In this document: positions 1 to 12,000 of the stretch, one piece after another
Layout of the letters: every line of letters starts with the position of its first letter
How positions within the stretch are numbered: position 1 is the stretch's first letter
Assembly (NCBI GenBank): GCA_964234715.1
Contig: OZ174290.1
DNA: 64,000 nt
Strand: one strand, 5' to 3'
DNA from: Podarcis melisellensis
Taxonomy: Eukaryota
Made by a program: the position numbers and the translations under genes
The notes under the pieces: model-generated
Seen by the model: only the letters and a program-made list of their open reading frames with translations
Told to the model about the DNA's origin: nothing
Database searches by the model: none

Positions 1-214
1 ATCAGTCCCAAAACTGCAAATTGGCCTCCAAGTGCCTGGCCTCCTTCCAAAGAGAATTTCCTTGGCAAAGCAACAGCTGAATTCTAATTGAATCCCTAAG
101 TACAAAGAAAGGAAGTCCCCCAAAATCTCCAGAAAATATTTTCAGGATAAAGTTTTTTGAGCACCACAAACATGTTCTGCATGCACCATCTCCCTCCAAG
201 AAGAAAGCTCTTAC

Positions 215-362
215 CCAAGTCATCTTTGTCGAGGCTTATCTCTTCCATGATTGAAGGCATCACAAACGAGAACGTTTTTCGGTTGAAATAGTACAGGGTG
301 TAGCCAATGAACATGGCAGTGAATATCACCACCCGATAATAGCCATAGCCCTTTCCTGCCAT
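215..362 (-). CDS. SLC37A4: Glucose-6-phosphate exchanger (G6PT), first coding exon; the gene continues beyond the left edge of the window
   Basis: [50 protein letters not shown] matches the G6PT N-terminus. 148-nt coding exon ends at a GTAAG donor (214). Possible acceptor at 670-671 for the 5'UTR part. Synteny with HYOU1. Confidence 0.95.
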
Positions 363-611
363 TGCGATTTCAGAGCTGTGCCTCTAAGGACGGAGAGAAG
401 GTGCCTGTAGCAGTTCTGCCTTTAGATCCCAGTTTACAGTAAATGTGAGAAGAGGGGTGGCGGCACCAATGTGCTAGAAAGAAGAGAGAGAGGCAGGGAA
501 CCAGCAGCTGTCAGAGCACTTGAGCGGCAGGCGCTTGCCAGGGTTTCTGCTGAGCCCGGAGGTTTGCTGGAGTTCGCTGTTGCTCTCTTTTCTGCTCACG
601 GCCACCTTCTG

Positions 612-624
612 GAGAATAATTAAC
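612..624 (-). promoter_or_regulatory. HNF1-like site upstream of the SLC37A4 ATG
   Basis: GTTAATTATTCTC vs consensus GTTAATNATTAAC (last three bases partly mismatched), ~250 nt upstream of the ATG. Confidence 0.4.
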
Positions 625-1047
625 TCCGGGAACATGGCTGGACACACTGTTCAGTATAAATCCATCCACCTACAGTGAAACAAACAAGAGACGCTAGCCT
701 GGGATAAACAGAGCTGTCTTCTGAGTAGAAAGATTAACAAGGGTTTCCTCACTCCCACTACACTCTGACCCCTGAACTCAAATAGCACGATGGAGTAAAA
801 GGGGGGGGGGAATCAATGCCTTCCTCAATCAGGTCTACAACATAATCTTTGATAGGAACTAAGTCCTGCTGCAGAAGCAAGCTGCCTACGGGCTGGGCAG
901 TCTACCTAGCACCACCCTTCCTAGGAAAAGAGTCTTGCTCCCGAAAGAAGGTGCAAAGCTATAAAGACATTATCCTGCAGTCGCAGACACTGATGGATTG
1001 CTCTGTCAAAATCAGGAAGGCAAGAAGGCTGTCTCTTGTATTGGCAG

Positions 1048-1238
1048 GAACATAGGCAGACTGCCTTACAGAGTCAGATCATGGGTCCATCTAGCTCAGT
1101 AGTGTCAACACGGACAGGCAGCAAGAATCTCTCTAGGTTTTGGCAGGGGGTATCTCCCAGTCCTACCTCAGACTGCTGTGGGTTGAACCTGGGACTTTTT
1201 GAATGCAAAGCAGAGGCTCTACCACTGAGTGATGGCCC
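1048..1238 (-). mobile_element. tRNA-derived squamate SINE
   Basis: tRNA-like head on the minus strand (CTCAGTGGTAGAG...GGTTCAACCC) and tail ...TTCCT; same family as 43287-43455. Confidence 0.75.
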
Positions 1239-2399
1239 TGATACTGCAAGTGAATTAAAAACCAAATACTTCCCTCTACTGTATTTCCAGGGTGGACCAC
1301 CAAGCTTATTAATTTGGAAGACTTTTATTCTGCCTTTCAATTTATCAAAATTCCTAAGGAAGCTTCTAAATGTAGAGCAAAAATACAAACACCAAGGCGT
1401 ATAAATGTAAAAGCACAAAAATAAAAGCATAAAATACAGAAAGGCAGCATAAAATTAAAACCCAAAAACAATTTAAAGCATAAAATTAAAACCCAAAACA
1501 ATTTAAAGCACTAGATGAACTGCTTTTGCCCACAGTGTTTGAAATCAAACCATGCAGGCAAAGGCACATCCAGAAAAGTACTAACACAGTCCCATAAACA
1601 GTGCTTCATAAGACCAGACAATCAGCTTACTCTTGGGATTTGAAAGCCCATATGCACAGGACTGATCAGCTGTGCTTGCAAACCCGCTTTCGACTCAGCC
1701 CTGTTTTACCTGCTCCATATAGCTTGGCAGAAACACTGAAACATCTTTTTCTGTCTGTGTCCACCTTTGACCTCCATCTCCCTTTAAGCTTTCTCCCCGT
1801 TTTAATTTATAAAGCACTCACATTATAAAATATCAGGGTGGTGTAGAAAAAACAAGGATAAGTATGAAATGTACACCAAGAATAATAAAGTTGATATGGA
1901 TGACAACAGAAAAGTTCAGTCAGAAGATTAGCTTGTTGGGGTATACCATATCTTAACATACCCCACGTTAAAGGGACTGCCCATAAGAGGAAAACCTTCC
2001 ATAATTTTGCTTGCCATTTGCCTTTTATCATAATTAACGCTTCCTTTTTCTGGAAAAGTTCAGGCTTTGTCTCTGTTATTTCCTTTCAGGTACCTTAGGG
2101 CACTCTGCTCACCAGACTAGGGTTCCTAAAGTTATGCATGCTGTGCTTCTGTGGATTTGATAAACATGCTAGTTTCTTGGCCAGCTCTACTTGCTCAACA
2201 GCCTGTCCTCTGCCACAACAGAACCAGGGCTGCAAAAAACAGGTACCCCAAGCACTAGAGTAATCTCACCCATCATTATTCCAAAACAGCTTATTCCTTG
2301 AAAACAGAAAAGTAAGTTTTAGACAGACATGCAGACACAATTCCATGCAGTGCATTCCAGTCAATAAATTTAGTTGTCATATTTTGCATCAGTTTATGC

Positions 2400-2600
2400 T
2401 TATGTGTAGTCTTCAAAGTCTTCAACACTAGAAGTGTTGCAGTAATCCAAGTTAGATGTTACCAGGTCACAGACAATGGTTACCAGGTGCAGGAGGTGCA
2501 TCAGCCCAAGTTGCTGAAAAGCTTGTGCTAGATGCCATCTGGGCTTCCAGCATAAGGCTGCATCTAACCGAGACATCCCCAAGGTGCAAACTATTACAGT
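2400..2600 (-). mobile_element. Decayed L2-type LINE ORF2 fragment
   Basis: Translates to LVTSNLDYCN, resembling the L2 ORF2 motif LVTSRLDYCN. Confidence 0.6.
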
Positions 2601-4054
2601 AGGAGGAATGGATGAGAAAATGAAACACCCACCATGCGGCTGATTAGATGAACTGGCCCTCTTCTTATTACTGTTAAGTTTATTAGCATTTGTCTGGTCC
2701 ATGGCAGACCGCAATTTCCCTGCTCAGAACATCCTGTCTCACATGAATCCTGTATGAAAAGGATAGAGCTGAGTGTAAACAGCATATTAGCAACTGCTCT
2801 GCAAATTTCTTCTTAAGCAACAGAAAGAATGAAACACTCTTGTGGCACTCCATAGGACATATGCCATGGGGCAAAGTAAAAGTCCCCCAAGACAGCATGG
2901 GGAATCTGAGCTGAGCCAAATGCAACCCTCCAAGCCTTTCTACCCAGCCATCATGCCACTCTCCTAACTGGTTCAGCTCTGTACCCTTCTTAAGTGCTTT
3001 TCTGTGGCTGGAATGTGTCCCTGAACTGTGATAATGCCTTTTGCTAGCATGGATGAAAGGATGGGTAACTTGTGGCTGGCTGCTGGGATGTAGCCTCTTG
3101 TACAGACCTAAGAGTTACAGCTGTTGTTCTACACACTTTTTGCCTCCTGCTCTGGGCACCATTGATATGTTCTCTCTGCAAAACAATTGTCCATGAGCTG
3201 AAAAATGTCTCCCCCCACTTTTAAAAAAGTTTCCTTGCTTCTTTTAAGGATAAATCTCATTCAGAGATTTAAAATCTGCTTTGACATGTGATAATTTCAC
3301 TGCAGTGTTGCTAGACAGCACTACTGTAGTTTGCTGCCATTTTTGTGTCCTCTCACAGGGACTTTGGAACAAAAGGATAAATTTTGTATTGAAAAGTGAG
3401 CTAGTAGAGAACTAGTAGAGAGCAAAGTAGAATGAAGTTGAAATGGACAAGGCAGTACTCAGACTCCCCGCACAGATGTGGGACCACCTAAAATTATAAA
3501 TGGGCTACAGAGTCCTGCAATTTCAAGGGTCCTTAACAAGAACTCCTTTAAACTTCACATAAAGCCCAGGGTTGCAGCAGAAAGCTATTGCTCTGTGTTT
3601 GAGCTAAATTTCCCCAGCTACTTGCTTTTTAGAAGAGCTTATTCCTGGGACACGGTGAAGCAGCTTGCAGACATTTGTCCTGAGTGGTAAGAGCATGGTC
3701 ACATTTATCCCAGTTTTTCACAGCCCTCTGAAGGAGATCCCATATCTTACTTAAACAGTATGACTTTCTAGAGCCTAAAAGGGCTTGGAAAAAAGCATGC
3801 AAAATCAATAAAGGAAAGTCCATCAAAATGGTTCTGATACAAGTCTGATGAAGTCAGCGGAGCTTTCCCTCTACTGAATTTAGGCCAAAGAATAATTAAC
3901 AGAGATAACTTTACAATTGGGTAACTGCCGGCAATGGGCAGTCAGCCAAGTTGGAGGACTGGGCCAAGGACATTAAATGGTTGCAAATGCTATTATGTAC
4001 ACTTTTTCAGAGTAAAATTTTTATCTAGTCACTTGTTACACCACTATCTAAAAC

Positions 4055-4144
4055 AAAAAAAATTCCTTCCAGTAGCACCTTAAAGACCAACTAAGTTAGT
4101 TCTTGGTATGAGCTTTCGTGTGCATGCACACTTCTTCAGATACC
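4055..4144 (-). mobile_element. Short Penelope-like element fragment with a minimal hammerhead ribozyme motif
   Basis: Minus strand GGTAT-CTGAAGA-A-GTGTGCATGCACAC-GAAA-GC-TC-ATACC. Flanked by a 15-bp direct repeat ACCACTATCTAAAAC (4040-4054, 4142-4156). Second copy at 56137. Confidence 0.7.
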
Positions 4145-5149
4145 ACTATCTAAAACTAAGACTGTGTTACAGGATACTTTACATTACATTTTATAATGAA
4201 GACAACTCTGTGTGAACAGCTGCCTATTAGTGTCTCTTCCTAAGTAGAACAGGATCCCCAAGGATGTGCTTTAGGAGGAGCTTGCTTTCAGGCACTAGGT
4301 TGGCACTGGCAGACCAATTCTGCATTACAAAGATGTCTGCAAATGTGACATGAAGGCTGACAACATTAACCTCGCCATATGGAAACAGTGGAACTGCAGT
4401 GCCTGGAGATTGTCAGGCCATGAAACGCTGTGATGCATCTGCAGCAGCAAAACCAGATGCCTTCATTTACCCCACCTGCAATAAAACATGTCTCTCTCAT
4501 ATTGGTTTCTACAGCCACAACAGGTGCTGTAACTCTCCAACTGTTTGACTTTACCTCTGATGGTGCACTCTTTCATTGTCTCTTGAGAGACAGATGCCAA
4601 AAATGGGGGTTTGTGTGTTTTCCTAATATGCTGTACTGTATGTAATATTAATGTAGTCTATGATGTAATGTATTTATGTATTTCTGTGTGCCATTGTCGT
4701 ACACACACATATATATTCCAACCTACATTCTGAGAGACGCTTTGGGTTACAAGTGACTAGTAAGTTTAATTTAATAAATAATAAGGGGAGGGAGGCAATA
4801 GTTATGGTGGAGTTAACAGTTCAACTTTAGCCTGAGATAATTCTGTATACTTTAAGCGGATGTTTGAATTTAAAAAGTTTGGGATTGGAGAACAGCGCTA
4901 TATATTAGGAGCTGCACTGCTTTTATTCTTCATTTCCATATATAAGTTCGCATTTGTGAAAACAAACAACCCAAATATTATCCAATTTCTTACCCCCTTT
5001 TCATCATGTGGTTGCGGGAAGTATGACAACAATTTTAAAAAGTACAGTGCTGAAATCAGTATTAAAAGAAATACAAATATCGTGAGTCAAATATTTTGAG
5101 GTGCCAAAGGCTATTTAGGCTAAAACAATAACGAATTTTAATGCCGCGT

Positions 5150-6100
5150 AATATAAAACACCTTTCCGCGTGACGTGGTCTAGGCAGAGATGGGGCTAAA
5201 TCGAGAAACGGCAGCATCTTGAGTCTGTCTCGGGTGTTTGTGGGGTGCCTGGCACGTACCCCATACGGAGCCAGACAGGAAAGGCAAACTGAAGGTGCAG
5301 AGGCAGTCAAGAGACCGGACGGGTCCCCCGACCCCGGGCGGAGACTATTCGCATTCCACTCCTCCCGCCTGGGGATGGGTTCAGGCAGTGCGAGGAGCCC
5401 ACCTGCCCCAGGGGAGCGCCATCCCTTCACCCTCCGAGAGGATAGCGGCGCGACAGCGGTAACCTTTTAGTATAGATCCACACAACAAGGGAAGCAAAGG
5501 TCGCGAGGACGCAGGAAGAAACTTTTATCACGCTCCCTCCCGCTCCCAAAGGCCTCCGGGCGCCCATCAACGTCGGCCCGGGCACCTTGGGCCCGTACAA
5601 TTCAAGGGCGCTTGCCCAAGCCGGACGTGGACCACTCGCCGCCGCCAACCCACCAACCGGCCGCGGTGGTTCCTCTGCACCAGCCGCAGGAAAAGTGGGC
5701 TAACCTGATAGTGGCTCCTCAGCGACCCGCAGCTTGAAGCTCCGCCTTGCGGAAAGCATTCTCCTCGGCTATTGAGCAAGGGGCACGCCACTCTCCGAGC
5801 TCCTCCAATCCATATTGTCCGTGTCGACAGGTAAGAGCTTCCGGCCAATCCCTGCCTCTCGCGCGCAGAATTTCCTATGGCAACGCTTCCCTTTCTAAGC
5901 AGGGTCGCCATCCGTGTTTGGCTTCCTTTACCTGTTTTCCCGTCGACCTCACGTCCCAAGCCAAGCTGCAGCGCACGCGCACTTCCCGCTACTGAAAGAC
6001 CTGCGCGGCCTTCCAAGTTTGAATCACTTTTCCCGCCAAAAAGTAACGACGAGAAGGGGCTGCGCCTTTTGAGGCAGCCAAAGGCTGCGCTGACAGCATT
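5150..6100. promoter_or_regulatory. CpG island, probable distal promoter and non-coding exon 1 of SLC37A4
   Basis: CpG-rich. CCAAT boxes near 5805 and 5844, RFX-like TTCCTATGGCAAC 5872-5884, TGACGTGG 5171-5178, candidate minus-strand donor CAG|GTTAG near 5704. Confidence 0.7.
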
Positions 6101-6822
6101 TTAAGTAGGAAGCACCTTGAGGAGAAGCTGAAGGAGGCCATAAATAAAATAAAATAAAAATAAAAATAAAAGAGTGCTGACTTTCCCCCTTTGGCCAGCG
6201 ACTTCCACAGAGGAATGGTCACCAAGGCAATAGCCTCCCTGTCCTTCCTGTCCAAAATGAAACCCCAACTGAAGTCATCAAGCACCACACCAAACAAGGC
6301 CCTGGCTTCATGCTAGGAGTATTTAAAGTTTAGGGAAAAAATCCAACACCCTTTTATATAGTGGGGGGCTTAACATGAGACAGGATTCCAAACTAAAAAG
6401 AGGTTCAGGGACAAGAAAAAAAATCACACAAGTAAAGGTAGCCAATATGGTGGATGTTGTTGGACTGCCTTTGGGCTTATGCCATTCGGGCTTAAAAGAA
6501 TAGGGGCCTAACACCTGGAGGGCACCACACTTGACTACCCAAGCTCTAGAATGCATCCACCAATATGAAGGGGAAGGAAGCGAGAGGAAAGAAAAACTGC
6601 ACTTAGGCACCATGGCCAATTCTCACTGCCCACACAGGAGGCCTGGATGGGTTAGGGATTACCAAACAGGCAGCCCCTCACCTTTTAGAAATCCATCACT
6701 GCAGCAGGTAGTAGGTGGCACTTTAGGATCCATCTGTTTGAGAGGGTAGCCAGTGTAGGTTCCACCAATTTTTATTCTTCCATTTAAAAAGAGTGATTTT
6801 TTTTTTTAGAAAAGCAAGTTAT

Positions 6823-6828
6823 TTTATT
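6823..6828 (-). terminator. Candidate HYOU1 polyadenylation signal
   Basis: AATAAA on the minus strand ~2.2 kb past the HYOU1 stop codon, before the next CpG island. Confidence 0.45.
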
Positions 6829-7445
6829 GAAACCATTTTCAAAAGGAGCAAATACATTTCAACTGAATGACTTAAAATGTGATCACCACCCGCTTTCTCC
6901 TTTCCTCCCTCCAGAAAAAAAAGTTAACAGAACTGACCAACGAGCACCTGAACATTGATGTAAAACAAACAACTCCAGACTCCACAGCTAAGTAAGTGCC
7001 AATATGGCAGAGGGAACTTGCACAATTTCTGCAGAGCACACAAAGGTGGCAGCACAAGGTACTCTCTTGCCTACTGGCTTTCTGGATTAGGCTTAGTTGG
7101 GTTTTAGGCAGCAGCAGAGGAATGGAAGAGGGAACATTCCTCCTTCACTCCCAAATTACATTCCCATGGCAGAGAAATTAAAACTTCTAAGCCTGCCCTG
7201 TTCAAAAGGGGGAAATTTTTAAGAAAAGACAGACACAGCACAAGACAAATTCAGGGAAATGTTTTTCAGGAAACCAAGATTTACATTCAAATTCCAATTA
7301 CTTTATCAATGCTCACAGTAGAATGCACATTCTCCTCAAAACATAGGTATGCAGAAATAGTTGCTTTGTTTTTAATAAGGTTTTAAACTCCATTTTCATC
7401 AAAATCCAAATATTCAATGCACATTTTAACAGAGGCAAAAACACC

Positions 7446-7479
<34 letters not shown>
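7446..7479. repeat. (TG)n(TA)n microsatellite in the putative HYOU1 3'UTR
   Basis: tgtgtgtgtgtgtatatatatatatatatatata. Confidence 0.9.
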
Positions 7480-9052
7480 CACACAACCGGGAAAGATGGC
7501 AAGCTTAACTTCCAAGCACAAGTATAAAGCTTGTTGAAATGAAGAGGAAAGGGGGCATTACAATAGGCAGCACACAATTTACTATTAATTTCTCACATTT
7601 GCCTTGTTCTAGGAGCCTGTAGCATTTGGCATACCACTTCTGCCTGAATACTAGAGAAATAATTCCTCAAAGCTGCAAGTTAAGACAAAGACGTCTTGAA
7701 ATTAATTCAAGAGAAGAACACATTTCCAAATTGATTTTAGGGACTAGGAGGCAGTGCTTAGGAATGAGTTGCTGAGCAATGATGTTAAAGAAAACAGGGT
7801 CTCAGCATGGTCTACATATGATATTCCTTTGAACAGTTTGGACATTGTGTGTAGAGGGGAAAACTGAAGTAAAAAGGGCTGGATGAAGTTTTTCCTCTAC
7901 TTTGTGACATCTTTACATATTCTAGTTTATGTGCAGTTGGACTGATTTGTACTTCTGAAAACTGAAGTATCACAATTATTTGTCCTATAGCCAAAGCTGT
8001 CCCTACTACACTACTAGGTGGCCAAAGTGGAAAGTTCAGCTGCCAGTAGGGTGACTGAGCTAGTAAATAAAAGGTGCACACACAAAAATGTGCATTCACC
8101 ACCCAAGACAGCAAGCTTTGTAAGCCAGCTTCCCAAATCACCATATAACATCAGCAGTATTAGGAAATGGCAAGACTAAGAACGTTGCCCAGTGTTGCTG
8201 GGAAGGCAATTAGAAAGCAAAACTACAAACTTGAGGAGCAAATAAAATAGGTAAAGAAAACCTGTACCTTTCTGGGATAGATCAGACTTCCTGCTTTATT
8301 ACAACAGCATAGTTTCATGGGCCTCTTAGAAAATGACTGGCATTAGGGAGTTTTGCTAAAGGCAGTAACTGATAATAAGAATCAGGGATACGTGTCTCAT
8401 CAGTGGCCATCCCTGCTTTGCTACAGCTGTCTGATAAATACTTCTGAAAGCAGAGTCGTATATCTGTTTGAGCATTTTGGTTTTCCTTCCAAGCATTATC
8501 AACTTCTTTTACTCTCCACTCCTGTTTCATCCATTTCAGTTGCACAGACACCCCCAAAACAGAAAACTGTCCATCAACAGCCCAAGAGTAAGGATATAAA
8601 GGGACTTGCTCATTCAAGCCTAGTTGATGAACCATAACATGATGAGGCTGCAGCAGAAGGTTCCAATTTGATATTTCCAGTTGCAGACAAATAATGTTTC
8701 CAGAAGGTGAAGCATAGCCCAAAAAACTGCTGATGCCAACTGTCATTTCCTAGAACAGTTTCAGGTAGATTTAAATCTACTGGTTAGAAGTGCAATTCTG
8801 GGGACAGTGCTGTGGAAAACACAGCAAGAGTGCCCAGTGAGCTCAAAGTCATTTTTAAAGAAAGGAAGAGACAAGACAACACACCAAAATCAGCAACAAA
8901 TAAATCCCCAACAGAAAGGAAAAAAATGTACAGCTCTATTGCATTTTGTTGTCAGTCTGTGCCATGTTCCACTAACCAGGTCCATCATAAAAACAATGGA
9001 GTTAACTGTAAATAAATAGGTGTTGGTGCAAGGGGGAGGGTTTAAGGAACTG

Positions 9053-12000
9053 TTATAATTCATCATTGGTTCTGGTGTCTTCCCTTGTTTCCGACCTCTT
9101 GTCAGTTTGTGGCCCTGAAAAGAGCAAGAGCAGAAAAACCATAATGAATCAAAACTGTGCAGCATGGACAACAACTTTCCAAATCAAGATAGTACCAGGG
9201 AAACATGTTCAGATACACAAAGAGTAAGAAACAGGGTAGCAGGATTAGAAAGCAAGAGCAGGCAGATAAAGCCATGGCTTGAGACTCAAACATATTAGTG
9301 GATGGAAGAGCATTTGGAATTGAAAAGTAAAGGGTTGCTACCTCTACATTTGCTAACCCTAACCCTGGACGGTTCCAAAGGGATTTGGTTCTTCAAGATT
9401 CCCAGTGCCAACCCTCGTGCAGTGCAGGGATGAGGTAAACAGGAAGTAAGAAAAGGGTAATTGGGGGGGAAAAATACATTGCCATCCTTGAGATGCATGC
9501 TGCATAAAAATTCAATCAGTTTTGTGGCACTTTAAACTCACACATTTGTGCCACTTAAAATTCCCTACATGTGCTCCTGAGGCCCCTTCTTCCATCAGGA
9601 CTGTTGAGATCACTTGGCGAGGAGCTTTTGCCAGGAGCACCCTTCCCCTGGGTTGGCAGGGCAAGGAGGAGAGAGCAAGCCTTGTCTGGGAATAGCTCAT
9701 CCCTCTTTATTGCTNNNNNNNNNNNNNNNNNNNNNNNNNNNNNNNNNNNNNNNNNNNNNNNNNNNNNNNNNNNNNNNNNNNNNNNNNNNNNNNNNNNNNN
9801 NNNNNNNNNNNNNNNNNNNNNNNNNNNNNNNNNNNNNNNNNNNNNNNNNNNNNNNNNNNNNNNNNNNNNNNNNNNNNNNNNNNNNNNNNNNNNNNNNNNN
9901 NNNNNNNNNNNNNNCAATGTCTTTGGAAAGCAGAATAGGCTTCTCGGCGGGCGAACAGCTTGGTCTGTTCTGCCAGGGTCTCATTCTTCCACAACTAAAA
10001 CAAACAAACCCAGGAAAAAAATATTATCCTTAGGCTCCACCTGATAAGACCAGCCCTGTTTGGTGCTGCTCATTTACCAAGTGCCAATGGCCTTCTGACC
10101 TGACACAACGCCACGACTCTATGCAAAATCACTGCTTGAAAGCTCCACGTGGCCTCTGCTGAGCCCCATTTCTACAACCATTCATTCATTCATTCATACC
10201 CCATACTCCATAAAGCAAGCACAAGTTGTGGGCTGACTGTATTTTGGCAGGATTCTTAGGTTTACCTGTGAATTGAATCACAACATTCTAAGTAAAAAGA
10301 CCAAAAGGGGTATCTTTTGGAGCCTAGAGCAGAAGGGACAAGACATGCACATGCATGAACGCACATAGTTTGGATACTGAAAAGATTTTCTGCACTCCTT
10401 GTGACCCTTCTTACCGTTGTCTCGTTTATAACTTTTTCCAAGGTGCTTAGCTCCACCTCTGTGAATAACTGATCAGCCTCCGGGATCATGCGAGCGCCCC
10501 TGAAAAAATGAATGAGAAATGTGTCTCCCTCTTGCCCTGAAGCAGTTTTCACACTATATTAAAGCTCTCCAGTTGGTGTAACTGGCTCCTGTGCAGCCAA
10601 CAACAACTGCTAAAGACAACACCTTCAGCTTTACTATTCTAGGAAAAGTGACAACTGGGACACAGGATGCAGCACAGAAATATCTAGGCTAGAACATTTC
10701 TAGCTAATTTCAACTGCTGAATTTGACAACCATGTTAACAAGTGAGATGGACAACAGGTGAAACTTCGGGAGATGGTTACAAAGCAGGTTGTTTTTTTCC
10801 AGTGACCATGAATGCCAATTTATTTTGCCTCAAACAATTTCCCTTTCTATTTGGTGACAAAGATATGGAATCAGTAACTGAAGTTCTACACAAAAAAATG
10901 TAAAATATTGTTCAAGGAAAGGAAAAAAAACCCAGTATGTATGGCTATGGCAAAATACCAGCCCTCCATAAGCAAAGCAAACTCCACCACACCCTTATAG
11001 CAGCATGCACATGTGTAATTATCTTGGTTCTTTATATGCACCCTTACTTCCTTTCAAGGTAGCAGAGATTTGGAAAGCAACTCTCATGGGTAAGAGTTTA
11101 GCATTCCGTGCTAAGAATCTCAACTTCTCATAAATGGGGACCATTTTCATGTATAACTTTTAGCAAGAGGAAGCTACAGCACTGGAACCTGTAGCTATTC
11201 TTCCATGAGTTCCACTATCAGCTTGAGAACAAGGCTTATTAAAATAAAACTGTTGTGTGGTACAACCAAAAACGGTTTCACTGAAAGTGAACTGCTTCTT
11301 TGTCTCCTGGTTGCCTTGCTGAGTTTTAAACAGCTGCATTGCACAGCTCCCCATGCACACCCTTTGGGTCCAGAGAGTGCTGATCTCAGCTGCTAGTGTG
11401 AGTAAGGCAATTCCCTCTGCCCCAACCCAAGTCCTCTCCTCTCCTACTAAAGACATCTTGGTTGCTCGTACTTGAGGAAAATATTGGAGTGATTGAGCAA
11501 GCTTTCCAGGGTAGCTAGACGGTCTGGCCACTTCCTTCTCTCCTCCACACGGAAGAAAAGACTCCGACACAGCTTCTTCAGTTCAGAGAGCCTCTCTTTC
11601 AGCTCCTGTGGATTGGAATAGAAGTTAAAAAACGAAAATTCTGCCTCGGACACATATATCATCTTGCAAAGATTACTGATGGTTTAGAAATTCAGGAAGT
11701 AGGGGTTAAAGATCCACAAACTGAGCCTGCTTGGAGACACACTAAGTGTGACACTTGCAGGTTAGTCAGACATGCATACCACGGGAATCCCACACAATGT
11801 TTGTAGCTATGAATGACAAAGTACTTTGGCATTGCCCAGAAGACAGTGCAATCAAGGAAGTTTAAAGTTGTTCTCATCAACCATAGCAAGTCGCCTGCTT
11901 CCGCTTCTCCGATTCTGACAAAATGTACTGGCTAAAATTTCCAAAATGCTTTTAGCAAAGGAAAGACACTTCTGTAGTCCAGATAACCCACACGAAACAC

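Noticed and set aside
1447-1510. ~31-bp tandem duplication GCATAAAATTAAAACCCAAAA(A)CAATTTAAA
   Set aside because: A-rich slippage duplication in non-coding DNA with no functional signature.
9555-10044. ORFs containing long X runs
   Set aside because: Artefacts of translating through the N gap.
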